A stretch of DNA of 64,000 bases. It comes from Camelus ferus (lineage: Eukaryota). The stretch is taken from NCBI RefSeq assembly GCF_009834535.1, contig NC_045715.1, positions 20,894,001 through 20,958,000 on the forward strand. The letters run 5' to 3'. A program made the position numbers and the translations under genes. Below the pieces are notes generated by a model, which saw nothing but the letters and a program-made list of their open reading frames with translations, did not search any database and was not told where the DNA came from. Positions within the stretch are counted from its first letter, which is position 1. Each line of letters starts with the position of its first letter. Positions 37,413 through 64,000 of this stretch are shown piece after piece.

Positions 37413-37939
37413 GTACTTCTGCCTGTGATATTTGCTGGATGTCTTTTGTTTAACATGACAGGTGTGTCCAGGTGCCTCATTTGGGGATAGAGGTAAAGCC
37501 AAACTTGGGCCTGAGCTTTGCCTCTTGGTTCAGAGAGTAAAAAAGGACACTGAGTTCAATTCCCCTCACGGGGTGGTGAGGGTGCGCCTGATCTCCTAAA
37601 CCACAGAGTTTCTGTTAAAGCCTACAAAAAGCAAAAACTTCGCGTAGTTGTTTTTGTGGGGGTTATAGCGAGAGGCAGGTGTCTAAGTACCTTGCTTTGT
37701 TAAGACCGACAAAGGAGTCAAGTGGCTGCTTGCTGAGCCACATGGGCCCTCGTGCACCCACGTACGTGTATACGTGCTGTACTCGAGCATGTGTATGCTT
37801 ACACACACCCAGATAGACCCAGTAGCGGGAGGTGCCCAGGAAACTGGGATGAAAGGGGTTAACAGGGAAGGACTGGCTATCTCTCTGTGCTGTGATTTCC
37901 TCAGACTCCCTCAGAGACCCAGGTGTCCCGGGTGCCCCC

Positions 37940-38110
37940 CCCCCAATACTGGGCCTGGGGCCAGTTGCAGTTCTTGGCTGTCACGTGCTTTCCCGACTTA
38001 GCTGGGCCAGGGGAGGAGCAAGGTCCAGAGTCAAATATGCTCCAAGCCCGAGGTTGACCAGAAGGGAGCAGGCAGACAGACGGGTCTGATCCCTCTGGGG
38101 TGCTCCAGCC
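37940..38110 (+). promoter_or_regulatory. C4 TATA-less proximal promoter
   Basis: NF1 half-site TTGGC 37974-37978 next to E-box CACGTG 37982-37987, the known C4 promoter arrangement. Confidence 0.7.
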
Positions 38111-51800
<13,690 letters not shown>

Positions 51801-51910
51801 CAGCTGCCCTCCCGCCTGCCCCGGGAGGAGCCTGAGCCAGGGAAAGCTCACGCCTGGATGGGTGCTGTGCCCAGTCCCCTGAACATAGCCCCAGGCAGGA
51901 CTGGGGACTC

Positions 51911-51916
51911 AATAAA
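51911..51916 (+). terminator. C4 polyadenylation signal
   Basis: AATAAA 110 nt after the stop codon. Confidence 0.85.
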
Positions 51917-52589
51917 GGCCTTTGGCAGCAAAGTGTCAGTGTGCCTCTCCAGGGCTGGGACCAGTGTCCCCACCGCCCCTTCCAGGTTTGGGGGGCCCAG
52001 GCCAGGGGTTGCATAATCTTAGGCTGTCAGAGCTGAGGTGACCCTTGCAGTGTCCAGCTCTGCCTGAACCCTACCCCACACCCCCACAGATGACTCCCTC
52101 GGAGCTCAGTCTCTCATAGGACCACCCCAAGCAGACTTGTGACCCAATAGATCACCCTGCACTCTGGGGATCCAATGTCCACACCAAGGCCAGACTGCAC
52201 CCAGGCAGTCCGTCACTGCGGCCTTCGGCGGGGCTCGTGCTCACCAGCACCTCAGCCCTTCTGCCTCGGGAGCAGTGTCCAGCCACACGTCTCCCACTCT
52301 GGCCTCATGCAGCTGGCAGTCGAGACCTGGCCCGTTTGGCACTCAATCCCTTAATTAGCCGCATTATGTAACTCTCCCAGAAGGTTGTGCAATCCTCAGG
52401 TCAATGATGTCTGCATCTAGAGGCTGATTTTAAACAAACCAAAAGGCCGACTTTGGTGTATTTGTTAATTCTCTGCAGGGACTGCTATTCTACTGGGGTC
52501 AACCCTTGCCACCTGCCTGTCCGGCTCTTCCCATTGGGTGGCACTCCTTGGGTCTTCAAGGCTGACCTAGAAGTTCATTGAGAAATTTG

Positions 52590-52680
52590 CTGAAGATTGG
52601 CTAATAAAGCAAGAGCCTACAAGAGACCCACTTTAGGGTGAAGGACACACATAGATTGAAAGTGAGAGGATGGAGAAATT
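52590..52680 (+). mobile_element. Short L1 ORF2 endonuclease-region fragment
   Basis: CCTACAAGAGACCCACTTTAGGGTGAAGGACACACATAGATTGAAAGTGAGAGGATGGAGAAA translates to LQETHFRVKDTHRLKVRGWR, matching the L1 EN motif. Confidence 0.7.
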
Positions 52681-52819
52681 TGATGAGTTCAATTTTGATG
52701 GAAACAGAGAGCACAACAGCCTGCCATTCAACCATTTAACAGAAATTTGTGGAATTCTCCCTCCATGCCATGCCTCGTGACAGGCCCCCACCCTCCATGA
52801 AAGGTGTGATGTCAGGGAG

Positions 52820-53110
52820 CTGCAAGGTCCTGTGCGGCACAGAGTTGAGGCATCTGACTCAGTCTGGGGGTATGTGAGGAGTTCAGGGGAGGCTTCCTGG
52901 AGGAAGTGACATCTAAGTTAGATTCTGAAGGATAAAGAGTAGGGATAGATGAGAGTGTTTGAGGTAGAAGAAAATATAAAAGGCCTAGAGGCTGGGGACA
53001 GGACAGGGCACATTTGGGGCACGGCATGTAGACATTCATGTCTGGAATTTCGATTTGGAGGTGGTATGGAACAGATGGGGCTGGCAAGGTAAATGGTGTC
53101 AGTTCATGAA
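52820..53110 (-). mobile_element. L2 fragment between C4 and CYP21
   Basis: GGGGAGGCTTCCTGGAGGAAGTGACATCTAAGTTAGATTCTGAAGGATAA...AAAGGCCTAGAGG. Confidence 0.6.
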
Positions 53111-54539
53111 GGGATGGTCACAAGCATGCCAGCATTCCAGGTCTCTCTCCTTTTGAGTGGAGGCCCCCTCCTATCCCAATGCAGCTTTGAGAAGTCCTGA
53201 CCTTCCCCAGTATTTCAGAGGCTTCCGAGGACTGTTGTTTACATGGCCCGGTTGCTGCCCATCAGATCTCTCCCAAAGGCTGATCGGCCTGGTGGTGGCA
53301 TAAACCCATTTGTAAGAATGAGAGATTAAGCTAATGCTTGTGTCAAGACATGGCCTGGGGCTGGGAGGTCAACCACAAGGAAGGTACCAGCTGTTGCTGC
53401 CCAATCCCAGAAACCCCACCCCGTTTTCTCCCTCCCCACCCTAGGCATGGTTCTGGGCTGAGCCTCCTCCATCGGGACCCCCAGTGGTTAACGCTTCAAG
53501 CTAGTGGGTGGCACAGCCTTGCTTTGGTTAAATCTCTGAGCATCCCAACCCCACTGGGGTCAGTTCACAAAGCCAGGGATGGGGAATTGGGAGATGCATG
53601 GGCCTCAGATCACCTCCAAGCCATCAGCCCCACCGCTTAGATGCCCCAACCTTTCACTGAAACCTGCTGCCTCTCTTTGGCATGACCTCTCCCCAAGCCC
53701 TTCCTATAAGCCCCTCCACTGCCTCCTCACCTGTAAAAGTGGTCCCTGACAGCCCTACTTGATCCAGTGGGACCCCACCCCTTATGGCTATGGCTCCCAG
53801 AATAGGGCTGGAGCCCTGATCCCAGCTGTAGTTATCAAGTTCCCTTCTGGGGACTTTGGAATCGACGGGTATGTTCAGCGAGGAAACCCCACTTGCCCTG
53901 GGGCTAGACCTGTAACCTGTGGGCTCTAACACCGAAGGCAGCCCTGTTCTGCCTGCACCTGGAAGCACAAGCAGCTTGACTGCAGAGAGGGAGGAGGGGT
54001 CAGGAGGCAAAGAGGAGGGAGGAATGAAGAATGAGGGAGGGGCCCCGTTTCTAAAGCTTTTCTTGTCCCCTATCCCTGACCTTCCAAGGCCAATAGGTCC
54101 CTCCTACTTTCCTGCTCTTGGGTTCCAGAAGATGTATTTATAGAACAGTTGTGTTTGGCTCAAGCCAGCTCAAGTGGGTCACTTTTCCTTGCAACCAACA
54201 AGCATCAGGCACGTGGTAAGAGCTCCAAATTGGGGGACCATATAATTCTTCACCTTCAACTTTTGAGAGTGAAATGGGGCACTATTAATGATGACACTGG
54301 GGCTACAGGTATAAACTGGGATAACCCAGGCTAACCAGGATATCTGCATCCTCTACATGGAAGTTAGAAAAACACACAGATCACTTTCATCTCAGTTTGT
54401 TCTTCAGGAAATCCTGGAGGGTGTATTAGTCAGGGATTGTCATTTTCCCTCCAAGACAAACTCCAGAGCAGGAATCTGCTCTAAGGTGGGGTGGGAGCGG
54501 GAGCAGGCTCAGGCTGGAGAGTGGACACTTCTTCCTGTA

Positions 54540-54830
54540 TGATTGACGTGTAGCCAGAAAGTGGATTCTAGCTGTTCGAGAAGGTCAGGGTTGTGTTTCC
54601 CTTCCTTTCTTCTTGATAGATGAACGGAAAAAGGCCTGCTCTTTGAAATGGGGATTTTCCAAGGCCAAGAGGACTGGTGCCATTCCAGGAATGTGCCACT
54701 TTGTGGGCGGGACAGTGGGCAGGGGCCTGAGAGAAGGACTCAAGGGAGGTCTCAGAACCGCCCAAGTAGCCAGATGGATGAGGGTCTCAAGAGCTATAAG
54801 TGGCCGGGCCAGGGCCTTGGCATGGGTCTC
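54540..54830 (+). promoter_or_regulatory. CYP21 proximal promoter
   Basis: TATAA 54795-54799, SF-1/NR5A1-type CCAAGGCCA 54659-54667, AAGGTCA 54581-54587, GC box GGGCGGG near 54704, TGACGT near 54544. Confidence 0.75.
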
Positions 54831-54835
54831 CAACC

Positions 54836-57411
<2,576 letters not shown>

Positions 57412-57459
57412 CCAGTGACAGGGCAGGACTCGTGCCAGTCACGTGCCTCAGTTTCTCCT

Positions 57460-57465
57460 TTTATT
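57460..57465 (-). terminator. TNXB polyadenylation signal, inside the CYP21 3' UTR
   Basis: TTTATT on the plus strand is AATAAA on the minus strand, about 170 nt after the TNXB stop. Confidence 0.8.
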
Positions 57466-57636
57466 GCTCCCATACAAACCTCGTCCCTCCCCCCTGTAAA
57501 CATGGTGCTGTGAGATCGCGGGTGGAGAAGGCTTCTGCTGACGGCTGGATGGTGAAGGTGGCCCCTGGCTCTTCTCTCAGCGCAACCCCTCAGTGCTCGG
57601 CAGTCATAGTGGGGCGCTGGAGGGGTGAGCAGCGGC

Positions 57637-63015
<5,379 letters not shown>

Positions 63016-64000
63016 CTGTGGGGAGAGTGGGGGTGGGGGAGAAACCCTTAGTCAAGAGCTGCCTTTACCTCAGCCCTGGAAACTTCTGGGAGGAGGGAGG
63101 GTCTGGGAAGAGTCCCTGAAGTGTGGCTTCAGGGGACACTCACCTGGGGAGACAGACATGCCTGCTTCAGCCCTGCCCTGAATGAAGGAGCCCTGTCTCC
63201 TCCTCTGGAGGCCACTGTCCAAACTCCTTCCTGCCCCCTCTCCCTCCCCTCTGTGATCAGGATGCAGTAAACACATGAAAGATCACCCCGTCAGAGAAGG
63301 GCAGCTGGGATTGCAGAGAAGGGCTCAGTTTCCCCCAACCCCTGGCCCCCAGAGCAGGAACCAGAGCTGTGGTTCAGAGCTGAGAAAGGCCCCCAGAGGG
63401 TGTGTGGGTTGTCAGAGAGACGCCCCAAACAGTCAGGGCTGGGCTGGGCAGCCAGCCAAGCTCATGGGCTCCCATCACCCGGACTTGAACTCCCCTTCAT
63501 TTGTTATCAGCCTGGGCCCTCCTTTCCACCTGCTTCCTGCACGAACACCACTAGACCCAGACGGCCAGGTGGGGCAGGGTGGGAAGCCAGGGGCAGAGCT
63601 GAGAGGGCAAAGGGCAGAGCAGAGCACAAAAGAGATTTGTCTAGGTGGGTGTGAGTGTTGACTGATAGGGGCTGGAGAAGCCTGTATCCAGTTTTCACAA
63701 TTTGGGGGTTGGGGGAGATAATTATGGAGTCTGAGAGCCCCAAGCCCCAACTGGCCGTGTGCCCCATCCTTGTCTGGCCAAGGTGACTCATGGTCCTGGA
63801 GGTGTGGTAAGGGTCAGTGACCCACCTCCACCCCTTCCTTGGGGGGCTGAGTCATGGGCACAAGACACCAGATATTTCCATAGTCTTCTGCAGCCAAACC
63901 CGCCCATATTTTCCACCTCTTGCCATAGAGGGAGGAGAATGTGAACATTTATTGAGTCCCAGTAGATATTATTCATAACCATTATGCAGGTGTGGAAACT

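Overview
Mammalian MHC class III (complement/RCCX) region. Gene order: 3' half of C2 (+), CFB (+), NELFE (-), SKIV2L/SKIC2 (+), DXO (-), STK19/WHR1 (+), one C4 (+), one CYP21A2 (+), and the 3' 14 exons of TNXB (-). I read every visible exon with GT..AG borders. Spliced CDS lengths are multiples of 3 with no internal stops: CFB 763 aa, SKIV2L 1246 aa, DXO 397 aa, STK19 254 aa, C4 1743 aa, CYP21 496 aa. A 132-N gap (17919-18050) hides the NELFE start exon. A tRNA-derived SINE with a CCTAATTACCTCCCC tail suggests a camelid (inference). RCCX is mono-modular, with no endogenous retrovirus in C4 intron 9. The locus is well known and I found no new gene system. The best leads are regulatory: a rewired C2-CFB intergenic region, a liver-type motif cluster 3' of C4, an HRE/Z-DNA tract 5' of C4, a candidate internal TNXB promoter, a hairpin-masked cryptic donor in NELFE, a CYP21 upstream ATG, and the broken STK19 N-terminal extension. 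All human and bovine comparisons are from memory and need alignment.
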